Shown: one piece after another, positions 1-10,303 of the stretch
Layout of the letters: the number at the start of each line of letters is the position of its first letter
Numbering within the stretch: the first letter of the stretch is position 1
Source of the DNA: a virus
Reading direction: 5' to 3' (one strand)
IMG/VR virus record: IMGVR_UViG_3300032241_002567
Coordinates: 1 to 64,000 of that record
DNA length: 64,000 nucleotides
Translations under genes and position numbers: made by a program
The notes under the pieces: generated by a model
The model's database searches: none
Told to the model about the DNA's origin: nothing
The model's input: only the letters and a program-made list of their open reading frames with translations

Positions 1-189
1 GCCATTTAATCCTTGTGGACCCTGTGGGCCATTTAATCCTTGTGGACCAGTAGCGCCATTTAATCCTTGTGGACCAGTAGCGCCATTTAATCCTTGTGGA
101 CCCTGTGGGCCATTTAATCCTTGTGGACCAGTAGCGCCATTTAATCCTTGTGGACCCTGTGGGCCATTTAATCCTTGTGGACCAGTAGT
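1..189. repeat. 27-bp tandem repeat (about 7 copies, two variants) encoding collagen triplets
   Basis: Unit gccatttaatccttgtggacc followed by ctgtgg or agtagc. Confidence 0.9.
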
Positions 190-318
190 GCCAGAATTGC
201 TATTAAAATTTACATTTATTAAATTTCCATTTCCGTCATAAAACTGACCATTTACATATTGTGTAAGTTGTGGATATATTTCTGGTAATAAATTATATAT
301 TTTTAAATTTTGAGGCAT
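1..318 (-). CDS. Collagen-like (Gly-X-Y) protein, 5' part; runs off the window start
   Basis: ATG at 318 reads [17 protein letters not shown]...NSGTT, then ([11 protein letters not shown])n with no stop before position 1; not in the ORF track. Confidence 0.85.
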   Translation of the reverse strand, partial: MPQNLKIYNLLPEIYPQLTQYVNGQFYDGNGNLINVNFNSNSGTTGPQGLNGPQGPQGLNGATGPQGLNGPQGPQGLNGATGPQGLNGATGPQGLNGPQGPQGLNG

Positions 319-378
319 AATCTATATATTAATAAATAAGTTTTTAAACAAATTTATTTATTAAAAATATAAAATATT

Positions 379-2244
379 ATGATTATAAATATACTTACTA
401 GATGCTATAGGATAGACAATTTATTTAAAATATATGAAGGACTTAAAACTGATTTAGTTAATGTTAAGTGGTGGATTCTTTTTGATACAAATATAATACA
501 AACAATTCCAACTTCTATTTTAACTTTTTTAACTTCTATAAATGCCGAAATTCGTTATGCTGGCGGTGATTCTAATAGTTGTGGTATTAATTTAATTAAT
601 AATGTATTGGATGAGATAAAATCTGATTGGATTTATATTTTAGATGATGATAATTTAATTCATGAAAATTTTTTTGAAACTATTTCAAATTTAGTTTCCG
701 AGAATATAAGTAAAAGAGGATTTATTTTTAACCAAAAGGTTGGTGGAATTGATTTTTCTGGACTTGATATAAGAGAAGCAAAACCAGAAATGGTTAGAGT
801 TGGTTATATTGATTCTGCACAATTTCTTTTAAAACGAGATATTATCTCTGATTTAAGATTTAAAAATGACTATAAAGCTGATGGATATTTTATTGAAGAA
901 TTATATAATAATAATAAAAATGAATTTATTTTCTTAAATAAAGAATTATGTTATTATAATAAGATACAAAAGGCTAAAGTTAGTTCTTATCCTAGAATAC
1001 TTGTGCTTGGTTCAGATAAGGAAATAAAATTACAATCAAAACAATTAGTTGATTTTGAGGAAAAAGACATGATTTGTAAATTTTATAAAACAGATAATGA
1101 TATAATTAAAAATCTAAATGAATTTAATCCAGATGCTATTATAACTGTTGGTGAAGATCATGGTAAATTTCCTGTTTTAAGTAGTCAGGCTTTAGATATA
1201 AGAAAACGTTGGATTCATGTTAATGAATTAAATGAAACAATTGGTGAATATGCTTATAATTGTGCTAATTATTATATTTTAGATTCAAAAGATCAAAATA
1301 CTCCATTAGTTAGTTTTTTTACACCAATTTATAATACTGGTGATAAATTATGGAGAACTTATGAATCAGTTAAAAATCAAAATTATAATAATTGGGAATG
1401 GGTTTTAGTTAATGATTCAAATGATTATGGGAAAACTTTGATGATTGCCGAGCAAATTGCTGATATTGATTGTAGAGTAAAAGTTTATGATTTTAAGAAA
1501 AAATCTGGTGGTATAGTAGGAGAGTCTAAATATCGTGCTGCATGTTTATGTTCTGGTGAATATTTAATGGAACTTGATCATGATGATTATTTGACTAATG
1601 AAGCGGCTTTTTGGATGGTTGAAGCATTTAAGAGATACCCTGATGCTAAATTTGTTTATTCAGATTGTGTAGAAATATTTGAGAATCATGAATGTATTAC
1701 TTATGGAGAAGGATTTTCTTTTGGTTATGGCTCTTATCGTGATGAGGTTTGGAATGGAAGAACTTATAAAGTTATGAATACTTCTAATATAAATCCTAAA
1801 ACAATTCGTCACATTGTTGGTGTGCCAAATCATTTCAGAGCTTGGGAAAGAAAGTTTTATCATTCTATAGGTGGTCATAATAGAAGATTAACTATTGCTG
1901 ATGATTATGAATTGATTGTTAGAACTTTTTTAAAAACTCGGATGGTAAGAATACCAAAATTATTATATCTTCAATTTTATCATAATAACAACACACAAAA
2001 TGCAACAAGAGCTGATATTCAAAGGCGAGTAAAATCTATAAAAGATTTTTATAATAAAAAAATATACGAAAGATTTATAGAATTGGGTGTAAGAGATTGG
2101 GCTTATGAAGAAAATCCTTGGGAACCTTTATTAGTAGAAAGTAAATTTGGTGATGAAGAAAATTATGTAAATTATATTTTAGAGGATAAAATAAATTTTA
2201 ATCCTTATCATGTTTATAATCAGGGTGTAAATTGGATAGTATAA
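379..2244 (+). CDS. Glycosyltransferase with two GT2/GT-A domains
   Basis: N-terminal domain WIYILDDDN; C-terminal domain PLVSFFTPIYN...WEWVLVND...ELDHDD...ADDYEL. Confidence 0.85.
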   Translation: MIINILTRCYRIDNLFKIYEGLKTDLVNVKWWILFDTNIIQTIPTSILTFLTSINAEIRYAGGDSNSCGINLINNVLDEIKSDWIYILDDDNLIHENFFETISNLVSENISKRGFIFNQKVGGIDFSGLDIREAKPEMVRVGYIDSAQFLLKRDIISDLRFKNDYKADGYFIEELYNNNKNEFIFLNKELCYYNKIQKAKVSSYPRILVLGSDKEIKLQSKQLVDFEEKDMICKFYKTDNDIIKNLNEFNPDAIITVGEDHGKFPVLSSQALDIRKRWIHVNELNETIGEYAYNCANYYILDSKDQNTPLVSFFTPIYNTGDKLWRTYESVKNQNYNNWEWVLVNDSNDYGKTLMIAEQIADIDCRVKVYDFKKKSGGIVGESKYRAACLCSGEYLMELDHDDYLTNEAAFWMVEAFKRYPDAKFVYSDCVEIFENHECITYGEGFSFGYGSYRDEVWNGRTYKVMNTSNINPKTIRHIVGVPNHFRAWERKFYHSIGGHNRRLTIADDYELIVRTFLKTRMVRIPKLLYLQFYHNNNTQNATRADIQRRVKSIKDFYNKKIYERFIELGVRDWAYEENPWEPLLVESKFGDEENYVNYILEDKINFNPYHVYNQGVNWIV

Positions 2245-2270
2245 AAATCAGTCAAATTTGACTGCTTTTT
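2243..2270. terminator. Probable bidirectional intrinsic terminator
   Basis: cagtcaaa/tttgactg inverted repeat flanked by A and T runs, between convergent genes. Confidence 0.6.
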
Positions 2271-3721
2271 TATTTTATATATTGTGATATTTTATTGGCT
2301 AGTGCATAATCGCCAGAATCAATAGATGCATCCATTAGGTTTTGTAAGTCTTTTTGACTCATATTAGCATAATCTGGTTCTTTTTCTTCTTGTGACGGTG
2401 TTTCTGATTTTACTATATTTTTAGGTTTTTGTGATTTAGTTTTTTGTTTTTCTTTCCATTTTTTTAAATCTTCTTGATATTTTTTTAATTTATGTTCATA
2501 TTCAGATTTCATTCTTTTATTTTCATAATAATTATGTAATTTAATTATAATTTTTTTCAAAATAATATCTCTGGTAATTTTAGATTCATCTGTTTTTCCT
2601 AAAATTCCTCTAAATAATTTTAAAAACTCATCAGCTTCCATTTTAAGCATATGAATCCAAAATTGCTCTCTTATATTTGGATAGGCGTTCAATACTTCTT
2701 GTGTTAGTTTTGAACTATCGTTAATAAAATCTCTTAAATCTGCGGCTATCATTGGTCCCCATTTAAATTCTTCTGGTTCTTCTCTTATTGCATAACCTTT
2801 ATTCAAAACTCTAACAGATATTTCTTTTTCTTTTGGAATACCTATAACAGAAAGAATTAAATATAAACCTTTAATTGTTTCGTGAATAAGCATAGTAAAA
2901 TCAACACCTCTGGCAACAACTTTTGGTGTAAATTTATTTCTAATATAGTTATCAGGAAGATTATTTTGGGTTTGTATTTCTTCTGCTTCTTCTAAATTTC
3001 CACTTTGAAGAGCTTTAAATATTAAATCATCAATATTTTCTTTGGGGGTTTCATCATCATCTTTATCTGGATTTTCCCAAAATTCTTCATAGTCATCATT
3101 TGCTTCATTAGTTTCTGTTTTATCCCATTCTATTTTACAAGCTCCTCCAATAGTATTTTTAACAAAAGATGTATTCCAAGGTCCATTTAACGGACGATTT
3201 ACGTCAATTGCGTCAACTGCTTTCACAATATCAGTCCATAAATTAATTAATTTTCTACCTTTTACTTCACCAAAAATATCATATATACCCTGTGTAAATT
3301 CTTCATTATGAAAAACATACATCATATTTTTAGCTTCACCTTGACCTACTAAATTAATTAGTTTTCTTTTATATTTTTCTGATTGTATAGATTCACTGAT
3401 ATTTAACATATTACCAATGCTTCTTTGATCAGCAAATTTAATATCAAATTTAATATTATATCTATCAACTAATCCTTTATAAATATTATTAAAAACTTTT
3501 TCTAAAAGTAATTCTAATTCAATTTCATGCCCTCTAACTTCTCTTGCTGAAGTATCAAAATCAAAATTGCCTGGACCTTGTTGTCTAATTTGTTGTTTTC
3601 GTTTAGACCAAGATGTAGAAAGATAATCTTCTTCACCTTCTTTACGAGAAGGCTGACCTGGTATGCCAGGATTGCCATAAATCCATTCTTCGGCTTCGTT
3701 GAATTTTTTAATCATCTTCAT
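2270..3721 (-). CDS. Hypothetical protein with HExxxG motif and C-terminal UVR-like helical hairpin
   Basis: MLIHETIKG; C-terminus LQNLMDASIDSGDYALANKI; N-terminus MIKKFNE. Confidence 0.6.
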   Translation of the reverse strand: MKMIKKFNEAEEWIYGNPGIPGQPSRKEGEEDYLSTSWSKRKQQIRQQGPGNFDFDTSAREVRGHEIELELLLEKVFNNIYKGLVDRYNIKFDIKFADQRSIGNMLNISESIQSEKYKRKLINLVGQGEAKNMMYVFHNEEFTQGIYDIFGEVKGRKLINLWTDIVKAVDAIDVNRPLNGPWNTSFVKNTIGGACKIEWDKTETNEANDDYEEFWENPDKDDDETPKENIDDLIFKALQSGNLEEAEEIQTQNNLPDNYIRNKFTPKVVARGVDFTMLIHETIKGLYLILSVIGIPKEKEISVRVLNKGYAIREEPEEFKWGPMIAADLRDFINDSSKLTQEVLNAYPNIREQFWIHMLKMEADEFLKLFRGILGKTDESKITRDIILKKIIIKLHNYYENKRMKSEYEHKLKKYQEDLKKWKEKQKTKSQKPKNIVKSETPSQEEKEPDYANMSQKDLQNLMDASIDSGDYALANKISQYIK

Positions 3722-3965
3722 GAAGTTTTTTATATTTTTTATAAACTTTATGCATTAATTCTTCTTCTCTTTTTTCAGAAGCTTGTGGATCAGGATCTAA
3801 TTCAGGTCTTTCAATTTCCCATTCTCCGGGTTCTTCAGGATAATAATCTGGTTCTTCGGGAGGAAGAGGCATAGTATCTGGTTCTACTTCTGGTTCTACT
3901 TCTGGCTCTTGTGGTTGTATCTTTGTTGAAAATTTAAATTCTTCGTATAATTTTAGGTATTTCAT
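3708..3965 (-). CDS. Small Pro/Glu-rich protein
   Basis: ORF starting MKYLKLYEEF with EPEV repeats; upstream TAATATATA motif. Confidence 0.65.
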   Translation of the reverse strand: MKYLKLYEEFKFSTKIQPQEPEVEPEVEPDTMPLPPEEPDYYPEEPGEWEIERPELDPDPQASEKREEELMHKVYKKYKKLHEDD

Positions 3966-3995
3966 ACTATTATAAAATTTTTATTACCTTATATA

Positions 3996-5489
3996 TTATT
4001 TATCATAATTAAAAAATGACCAATCAGTTACAATTCCTAAATAATTTTTAGCTCTTGTATAAGCAATATATTCAAGATTTTTTTCTTGTTCTTTTTGCCA
4101 CGAAAGTTTTGCCCATTTAGAAGGAAGCGTTTTTTCTTTATCAATTATAAACACTCTATTAGATTCTAATCCTTTGGCTTTATGTATTGTAGAAAGGCAA
4201 ATTCCAGTGCTATTATCTAAAAATATTTGTCTTATTTTTACTATTAAATTATCACATAAAGAAATATTTTCGTCTTTTATTATTGTATTAATAAGTAACC
4301 ATTTTTCATAAAAAAGAATAAAAGAATTATGTCCTTTTATTTCGACGTCATCTAAATAAGGATATTTAGCTTTGATTGCCAATATAGTTTTTTTGATTTC
4401 TACATCTAACCATATTTTTAAATCAGTTGTAGTTTTTGTATTTGATTTTATAATTAATCTTATTAAATCTTCTCCTATATCAGTTCCTTTAACATAAGCT
4501 TTTTTTCCTTCGTGTAAAAATTGTAGACAAAGTTTAACGAGTGGCGCAGAATTTCTACATAAAACCATATCATTATTATTTATTTCTAAATATGAAGCAT
4601 TATAATTTAATTCACCTTCGATTGCATTATCATGAGCTTCAATCTGAGCAACAAATGATTTAGCTAAATCAATTATTTTAGAACCACAACGATAATTAAC
4701 AGAAAGTGGTAGTAATTGTGTATTTGACATATTTGTTAAATTATTAAAACTATCTGTATCGGCACCAGCGAATCCATAAATAGATTGATTTCTGTCTCCT
4801 ACAGCTATTAATCTAGTATTTGAATGTGATATTTTTTCTATTAATTTATGTTGCGTTTTATTTAAATCTTGACATTCATCAACAAATATATAATCATATT
4901 TTTCTAATTGAAAATGATCATATTTAGCAGGCCAATAAATCATATCGGTAAAATCAAATCTAGAAATATCATTATCTGAATCTGAGATAATTTTTAAAGC
5001 TCTTTCAATTTCATTTCCAAGTATGTCTATTTCATGTTTATAACAAATTTCTTTTAACGAATTTTCTTCTAGACACATTGACAATCTAGCTATATCAACT
5101 ATTCTCTTTATTCTAGATTTATAATCTGCATCTATATTTGTTTTATCTAAAAAAGACCATTTTGGAGTTAAATTATTTATATAATCGAATATTTTATTTT
5201 CGTCTAGTTTAGATTTGTCTTTATAACATTTAAATATTGAAGATGCTCCGAGTGAGTGAAAAGTTTTAACTTTAACATTTTCTGGAACTTTTTGTTGTAT
5301 TTCTTGGACAATTGATTTATTAAATGCTAAAAATATAACAGATTTATCTTCTGGAATATAACGAAGTGAAGCAATAATAGTCGTAGTTTTACCAGAACCG
5401 GCAACAGCATTTATGACGGCATTTCCAGTGCCAGTTTTAATAAATTCAAATATTGCTTTTTGAAAAGATGATGGTGTAAGTTTGCTCAT
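3996..5489 (-). CDS. UvrD/Rep-like SF1 helicase
   Basis: AVAGSGKT, FVDECQD, VGDRNQSIYGFAGA, NYRC, STIHKAKGLE, YIAYTRAK. Confidence 0.9.
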   Translation of the reverse strand: MSKLTPSSFQKAIFEFIKTGTGNAVINAVAGSGKTTTIIASLRYIPEDKSVIFLAFNKSIVQEIQQKVPENVKVKTFHSLGASSIFKCYKDKSKLDENKIFDYINNLTPKWSFLDKTNIDADYKSRIKRIVDIARLSMCLEENSLKEICYKHEIDILGNEIERALKIISDSDNDISRFDFTDMIYWPAKYDHFQLEKYDYIFVDECQDLNKTQHKLIEKISHSNTRLIAVGDRNQSIYGFAGADTDSFNNLTNMSNTQLLPLSVNYRCGSKIIDLAKSFVAQIEAHDNAIEGELNYNASYLEINNNDMVLCRNSAPLVKLCLQFLHEGKKAYVKGTDIGEDLIRLIIKSNTKTTTDLKIWLDVEIKKTILAIKAKYPYLDDVEIKGHNSFILFYEKWLLINTIIKDENISLCDNLIVKIRQIFLDNSTGICLSTIHKAKGLESNRVFIIDKEKTLPSKWAKLSWQKEQEKNLEYIAYTRAKNYLGIVTDWSFFNYDK

Positions 5490-5530
5490 ATACTCTTTAT
5501 ATTAAATACTCTTTATTATGTTTTAAAAAT

Positions 5531-5558
5531 AAAAAAGACTCAATATTGAGTCTTTTTT
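5531..5558 (-). terminator. Intrinsic terminator
   Basis: aaaaaagactcaa-ta-ttgagtctttttt inverted repeat. Confidence 0.7.
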
Positions 5559-5575
5559 ATTTTTATTTTTTTATT

Positions 5576-6265
5576 TTAGTTAAATTTTAATCCAGTTAAT
5601 TTTTCAACTTGTTCTTTTGTCGCTTTACATTTATCTAAACCAACTGGTTTATCTGGTGTATTATTAAATACATAATATTCAAAAGTTTTTGTTTTAGATA
5701 TATAAATAACTTTCCAACATTTTTCTGGAATAGTTAATCCATCAACTATCATAAGATTACCAGTTGAACCACACCATATATGTACTGAATCGTCTTGTAT
5801 TGATAGTTGTCTTGTTCTTTCTTCTAATTTTTTCCAATCACCTGCGTTTAAGCTATGATATTGTGGCGCCATATTTGAAAAATAGAAACATTCTGTTAAC
5901 ATTTTCTCTGCTGGTATTTTTACACCATTTTTTGTATAAGTACATTCGTTGTCAGCAGCTGGAGACATATGTCCCCTATCAAATCCTTTTTTATTAGATT
6001 CTTTTTCGGATTTATTAGCAGCATCATAATTTTTTTGAATGCTTGTTTGTTTATATAGATTTGGATCTGGAGCAAACTGATCTTTTCTATCAATTTGCTG
6101 GCAATTACATCTTTCTTTTGTGTCCCACCATTCAACTAAAATAGGATATTTTTTAACGGTATCAAATGTTGTTATATAACCGTTGTGTTCCAATTTTACA
6201 CAATTGGACTGTGCCTTTACAAAGAATGGCAGAATCATTATTAATAAAATAAGTATGTTTTTCAT
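5576..6265 (-). CDS. DNA/RNA non-specific endonuclease (NucA/EndoG family) with signal peptide
   Basis: FDRGHMSPA, SNMAPQ...LNAGDWKKLEE; hydrophobic N-terminus ending VKA-Q. Confidence 0.88.
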   Translation of the reverse strand: MKNILILLIMILPFFVKAQSNCVKLEHNGYITTFDTVKKYPILVEWWDTKERCNCQQIDRKDQFAPDPNLYKQTSIQKNYDAANKSEKESNKKGFDRGHMSPAADNECTYTKNGVKIPAEKMLTECFYFSNMAPQYHSLNAGDWKKLEERTRQLSIQDDSVHIWCGSTGNLMIVDGLTIPEKCWKVIYISKTKTFEYYVFNNTPDKPVGLDKCKATKEQVEKLTGLKFN

Positions 6266-6282
6266 ACTCTATATATCAATTT

Positions 6283-6312
6283 AAAAAAGTAGTTAGGAAC
6301 TAACTACTTTTT
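6283..6312 (-). terminator. Intrinsic terminator
   Basis: aaaaagtagttag-gaa-ctaactacttttt. Confidence 0.7.
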
Positions 6313-6333
6313 ATAATGTTTTTTATTTTGTTT

Positions 6334-6531
6334 TTAATCTTGTATAAAATTGTTATTATTGTCAAAAAATCTTTCAAATTCTAATGAAATTAAATTTTTT
6401 TGTTTATCGACATACCAAAGTAATTTATTTTTAAAATTAACTGCAAATGTTAATTCTTGATCAGAATAATTATTTTTTACTGTGAGATACTTCAATTCCT
6501 TTTTTAATTCCGGTTCCGAATCTGTTTTCAT
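6334..6531 (-). CDS. Hypothetical protein
   Basis: ORF coupled to the upstream gene by a 4-nt overlap. Confidence 0.5.
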   Translation of the reverse strand: MKTDSEPELKKELKYLTVKNNYSDQELTFAVNFKNKLLWYVDKQKNLISLEFERFFDNNNNFIQD

Positions 6532-7352
6532 ATGTTATTTATATTTTTAGTCGGCAGATTATCCCAGTCTATTTTGGTACAAGCATCACATAATTTTTCT
6601 AAAAATGTAATGTTTTGATATTCACACTTTTTATGTTCGTGAAAATAACCTACAGATATATTAGTACATTCTTTTATTAAGCCAATAAAATTGGCGGAAT
6701 CAGTAAATATACCAGTATTATCTTTTTTAAATTTCATTCCTTGTTCTTCAAAGGCTAAACAAATTGAATCCGCAAATGTTTCACTACAACAAGATTCAGA
6801 CATTTGTTCTGTTATAACAGAATAATAACCTCTTCTATCAAAAGATACACATTTTTCTATACCATCAAGATTTGTATGTCCATTATATGCTAAATCAGAA
6901 GAACCAATACCACCAACTTCTTCACCAACAAAAAAGTAATAAAGACCTGGAACATTATGTTCAATCATATATAACATAATTGTAACACCAGCTTTATCAT
7001 CCGCACCTAAAATAGAACCGCCGTCTGTTGAAACGAAAAGGTTATCACCTTCAAAATATTTAACTAAATTTACTTTTTGTTTTTTATCAGTAAATGAATC
7101 AAAATGTGAAGTAAACATAGTATTTGATTCACCAATTTTTAAAAACCAATTGCCGTATTCATCTTGTTCTAAATTGAGATTTATCCATTTTAAAACTTCA
7201 GATTCTGTACCATATGGATAAGTTTCTTTTGTAAGAGAGCAAAATGTATAAAATATATCCTTTGGATTGTAGTTGAAATTTTCATAAATCTTATTATCTA
7301 TTGATTCCTTAATCACAGGTTTATAATTAGTGAAATTATTTAAATATTTCAT
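6528..7352 (-). CDS. M20/M28-family zinc peptidase
   Basis: SHFD, LGADDKAG, GEEVGGIGS, SFDRRG, TNISVGYFHEH. Confidence 0.85.
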   Translation of the reverse strand: MKYLNNFTNYKPVIKESIDNKIYENFNYNPKDIFYTFCSLTKETYPYGTESEVLKWINLNLEQDEYGNWFLKIGESNTMFTSHFDSFTDKKQKVNLVKYFEGDNLFVSTDGGSILGADDKAGVTIMLYMIEHNVPGLYYFFVGEEVGGIGSSDLAYNGHTNLDGIEKCVSFDRRGYYSVITEQMSESCCSETFADSICLAFEEQGMKFKKDNTGIFTDSANFIGLIKECTNISVGYFHEHKKCEYQNITFLEKLCDACTKIDWDNLPTKNINNI

Positions 7353-7382
7353 ATTGTATATATATTATCTCGAAATGTTCGA

Positions 7383-7652
7383 TCATAGCATATCCATGTG
7401 AGATGCTTGTATTTCAAGATATTCAACATATAAATCTATCATATCTAAATAGATGTCAAAAATTTCATCTGCTAAATCTTCGCAAGATTGTCCAGTTTGC
7501 TTTGTTATATTATATAAATCTTCCGAAATCAATTGTAATTCTTCATAACATTCAATTATTTTTTCAGGTAAGTTAGAGTTATAAATAACAATTTGCGTCA
7601 ATTCACCTAAAATATTTTGAACTGTATAATCTAAATTTCTACTCATAAACAT
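7383..7652 (-). CDS. Hypothetical protein
   Basis: ORF in a co-oriented run. Confidence 0.5.
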   Translation of the reverse strand: MFMSRNLDYTVQNILGELTQIVIYNSNLPEKIIECYEELQLISEDLYNITKQTGQSCEDLADEIFDIYLDMIDLYVEYLEIQASHMDML

Positions 7653-7990
7653 AATTTATATTGATATTGCTGGTATTTATTTGTTAATCTATTATAAACA
7701 GATTGGTCCCAACATTCTAATTTTGACCATTCTTCTGCAGTTATATCTTTTATAGAATATGGTGCTTTTGTAACTTCTACATAAACTTTTTTAGAACCAT
7801 TAAAAAATAAAATTATATCGCCTACTCTTATATCAATTTTATTATAAGCCTTTGACATATCTCTACTAGTTCCAGTTCTATGTCCTTCAATAACTAAATC
7901 AATACAAGTTTTGCCTTTAAATTGTGGAAGCATTTTTCTACCACCATCTCCATCTTGGAACCACATAGGTATTTTATGTTTTACTTTCAA
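7643..7990 (-). CDS. ASCH/PUA-like domain protein
   Basis: LVIEGHRTGTSR...IRVGDIILF...VEVT pattern. Confidence 0.55.
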   Translation of the reverse strand: MKVKHKIPMWFQDGDGGRKMLPQFKGKTCIDLVIEGHRTGTSRDMSKAYNKIDIRVGDIILFFNGSKKVYVEVTKAPYSIKDITAEEWSKLECWDQSVYNRLTNKYQQYQYKLCL

Positions 7991-8295
7991 CCTTCAAATT
8001 CTTTTTTTAATTTTAAATAGGATTTATATCTATTTTCTTTCATTATTTTTAAATCTCTTTCTTCTTTTTCTAACCTTTTTTGAAACTCCAAATCTGTTTC
8101 TAATCTATTGCGAAAAATAACGGCGGAATAATAGCCGTTACAAGAATTATCTTCTGAATAATAAGGTTCATTCCATTGAATTTGAAATTCATCTTCATCT
8201 TCAAATTGGATATGTTTGATGTCTTTCCATTTTATAGGATGCTGTTCTTGTAATTCAAGAATAACATCTTTTTTAATTTTTTTTTGCTTACCCAT
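7987..8295 (-). CDS. Hypothetical protein
   Basis: ORF coupled to the next gene. Confidence 0.55.
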   Translation of the reverse strand: MGKQKKIKKDVILELQEQHPIKWKDIKHIQFEDEDEFQIQWNEPYYSEDNSCNGYYSAVIFRNRLETDLEFQKRLEKEERDLKIMKENRYKSYLKLKKEFEG

Positions 8296-8327
8296 TATAG
8301 TAAATTATAATCTGTTAATTTTACTCT

Positions 8328-9005
8328 TTATTCATAAATTATTTTTGCCTCTTTAATTGTTACTTTATTATTTTCTACGATAATTTTACCTCTATCGTTT
8401 CTATCTTCACCTTCCCATTCAATTTGACCATTTAAAATAATTCCCCAAGGAGTAAAGAAATGTTTAATCATATACTTTAACCATTCAGTATAATAATAAC
8501 ACTTTTCACCACCATCCCACTCTAATAAGTTGCCGTCATCAGATATAATCCATTGACACCAAAGACTAGGTTGGCATTCACCAGTTTGGATTCTTCTTTG
8601 GTTTTCTTTCCGCCTATAGCCCCAGTCTAAACTATCACCAGTTAAATGCCCAGGTGCTTCATTATAATCTATAATAGAAGCATCACGAGATTGACCACTT
8701 TGTTTATCGTCCATAGCAAAGTATTCACCATCATTGCCATAGATTTGTTCTGCGGTGCGATTTTCAACTATTTGTTTATATTTAACTTCTAAACCAGTAT
8801 CTTTAAGTTTTTGTAGTAAATCTTTTTGTTCTTGTGTTAGAGAAAAATTAGGAAGGCCATGTTTTCCGTTATAAAGTTCCATTAATTTGTTCACATCTCT
8901 TTTCATTCTGCGAGTGCCTGAGAAAGTATTGATGTAATTTTTTTCTTGTTCGGTTGCTGTGCGGCTTAATTTAAATCCGCCATAAAAATCTGTTGAATAT
9001 CCCAT
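8328..9005 (-). CDS. Conserved phage hypothetical protein
   Basis: MGYSTDFYG...QPSLWCQW...LEWDGGEK.Y.YTEWL...LNGQIEWEGED. Confidence 0.65.
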   Translation of the reverse strand: MGYSTDFYGGFKLSRTATEQEKNYINTFSGTRRMKRDVNKLMELYNGKHGLPNFSLTQEQKDLLQKLKDTGLEVKYKQIVENRTAEQIYGNDGEYFAMDDKQSGQSRDASIIDYNEAPGHLTGDSLDWGYRRKENQRRIQTGECQPSLWCQWIISDDGNLLEWDGGEKCYYYTEWLKYMIKHFFTPWGIILNGQIEWEGEDRNDRGKIIVENNKVTIKEAKIIYE

Positions 9006-9121
9006 ATTTTATTATTTATGTTTTTTTATAAAGTCAATTTGGATAATAGTTTTGTCGAAGATCGGCAACATCATGATATATATAATACTACTATTATAAT
9101 AACATAATTATTATTTTGCGG

Positions 9122-9661
9122 TTAATTATTGAGTATGTCATCTATCCTCGTATCTCTAATATAAGCTTGTTTAACAACTTCTATATCTGATTGCCATAGA
9201 TTTCCAGTTATCTCCATTTTAAGTAATGGATCAATTCTTATTGGTTCAATTTCGGAATCATCTTTGCAATAGAGTAATTTATCATTATTCCATAAAGTTT
9301 TTCTAATGTCTTTGCTTGGTTTATCCGCTGATATATAAAGTATTGTAAAGGATGCTAATTCTTCTACATATTTGATTAATCCTAAAAAATTGGTGATAGA
9401 ATAATCATTAGAAGTCATATTTACTTTTACATAATCATTTTCATAGATTTCTCTATTACGAATGTCGCGAATTCCGATATATTGATCTAGTTCGAAATTT
9501 TTCATGCCGCCATAATCATTGTGCATATGATGTTCCTCAATTTCGGATATAACAGCAGTAGCTCGAATTACTTCACTGGATATAAGCCATTCGACTTTAT
9601 CTATCGGTGAATAGATAAAGTCAGTTTTACGACAATAAGCTCTGTATTTTATTTTATTCAT
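9122..9661 (-). CDS. YopX-family protein
   Basis: IKYRAY...QYIGIRD...EIYENDYV...EITGNLW; C-terminus IRDTRIDDIL. Confidence 0.75.
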   Translation of the reverse strand: MNKIKYRAYCRKTDFIYSPIDKVEWLISSEVIRATAVISEIEEHHMHNDYGGMKNFELDQYIGIRDIRNREIYENDYVKVNMTSNDYSITNFLGLIKYVEELASFTILYISADKPSKDIRKTLWNNDKLLYCKDDSEIEPIRIDPLLKMEITGNLWQSDIEVVKQAYIRDTRIDDILNN

Positions 9662-10136
9662 TTATTTCTAAAATATAAGTTGAAGAATAATTTGGATTTC
9701 CACATTGATCGCAAGATTCAAAATTAGATTCAATTAAAAGTGAATTATGATACATCATAATGTATTCAACTATGTATAGCCAATCCATTGAATCTAATTC
9801 TTCTTTAGAATTGTTTAATTCTTGTAAAATTACATCTGTATTATAATTAAACTTTTGACATAAAAATTTTCCATAAGATTCGTCTTCATCTAACGCCTCA
9901 AATTCTTCTTCTGATAGAGAAAATAATTTATTTCCTCTATAATGTAGTATGTCTGTTAAATGTTCTAATTCTTCTTTAGAGAATTTATTAATTGATTGTT
10001 TTAACCAATTGAAAATTAATTCAAAAATATTTTGATTTAATTTAATTTCATCATATGTTTCTTGCATTAAATTAGAATCATTAATTCTAACTATTGGTCC
10101 AAAACAATGTTCTCCTATTAAAATAGTATATTTCAT
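9654..10136 (-). CDS. Hypothetical protein with C-terminal CxxC
   Basis: ORF; SCDQCGN. Confidence 0.55.
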   Translation of the reverse strand: MKYTILIGEHCFGPIVRINDSNLMQETYDEIKLNQNIFELIFNWLKQSINKFSKEELEHLTDILHYRGNKLFSLSEEEFEALDEDESYGKFLCQKFNYNTDVILQELNNSKEELDSMDWLYIVEYIMMYHNSLLIESNFESCDQCGNPNYSSTYILEINE

Positions 10137-10303
10137 TATCTATGACGATGTTGTGGGTAATAATATTGGTGAAAATAATGTGGATGATAGTATCTATAAT
10201 GTGGATACATATGTCCGTAATATACTGGATGATATGGATTTACTACCATACATGAAGTAAGTGTAGTAGCAATTAGTAAAAAGATTAATAATAATTTTTT
10301 CAT
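10136..10303 (-). CDS. Small His/Tyr/Pro-rich lipoprotein (55 aa)
   Basis: Manual translation MKKLLLIFLLIATTLTS-C-VVVNPYHPVYYGHMYPHYRYYHPHYFHQYYYPQHRHR; lipobox LTSC; stop overlaps the next ATG. Confidence 0.75.
   Translation of the reverse strand: MKKLLLIFLLIATTLTSCMVVNPYHPVYYGHMYPHYRYYHPHYFHQYYYPQHRHR

Noticed and set aside
1-189. CRISPR array
   Set aside because: The 27-bp units are contiguous, have no unique spacers, and encode Gly-X-Y collagen.
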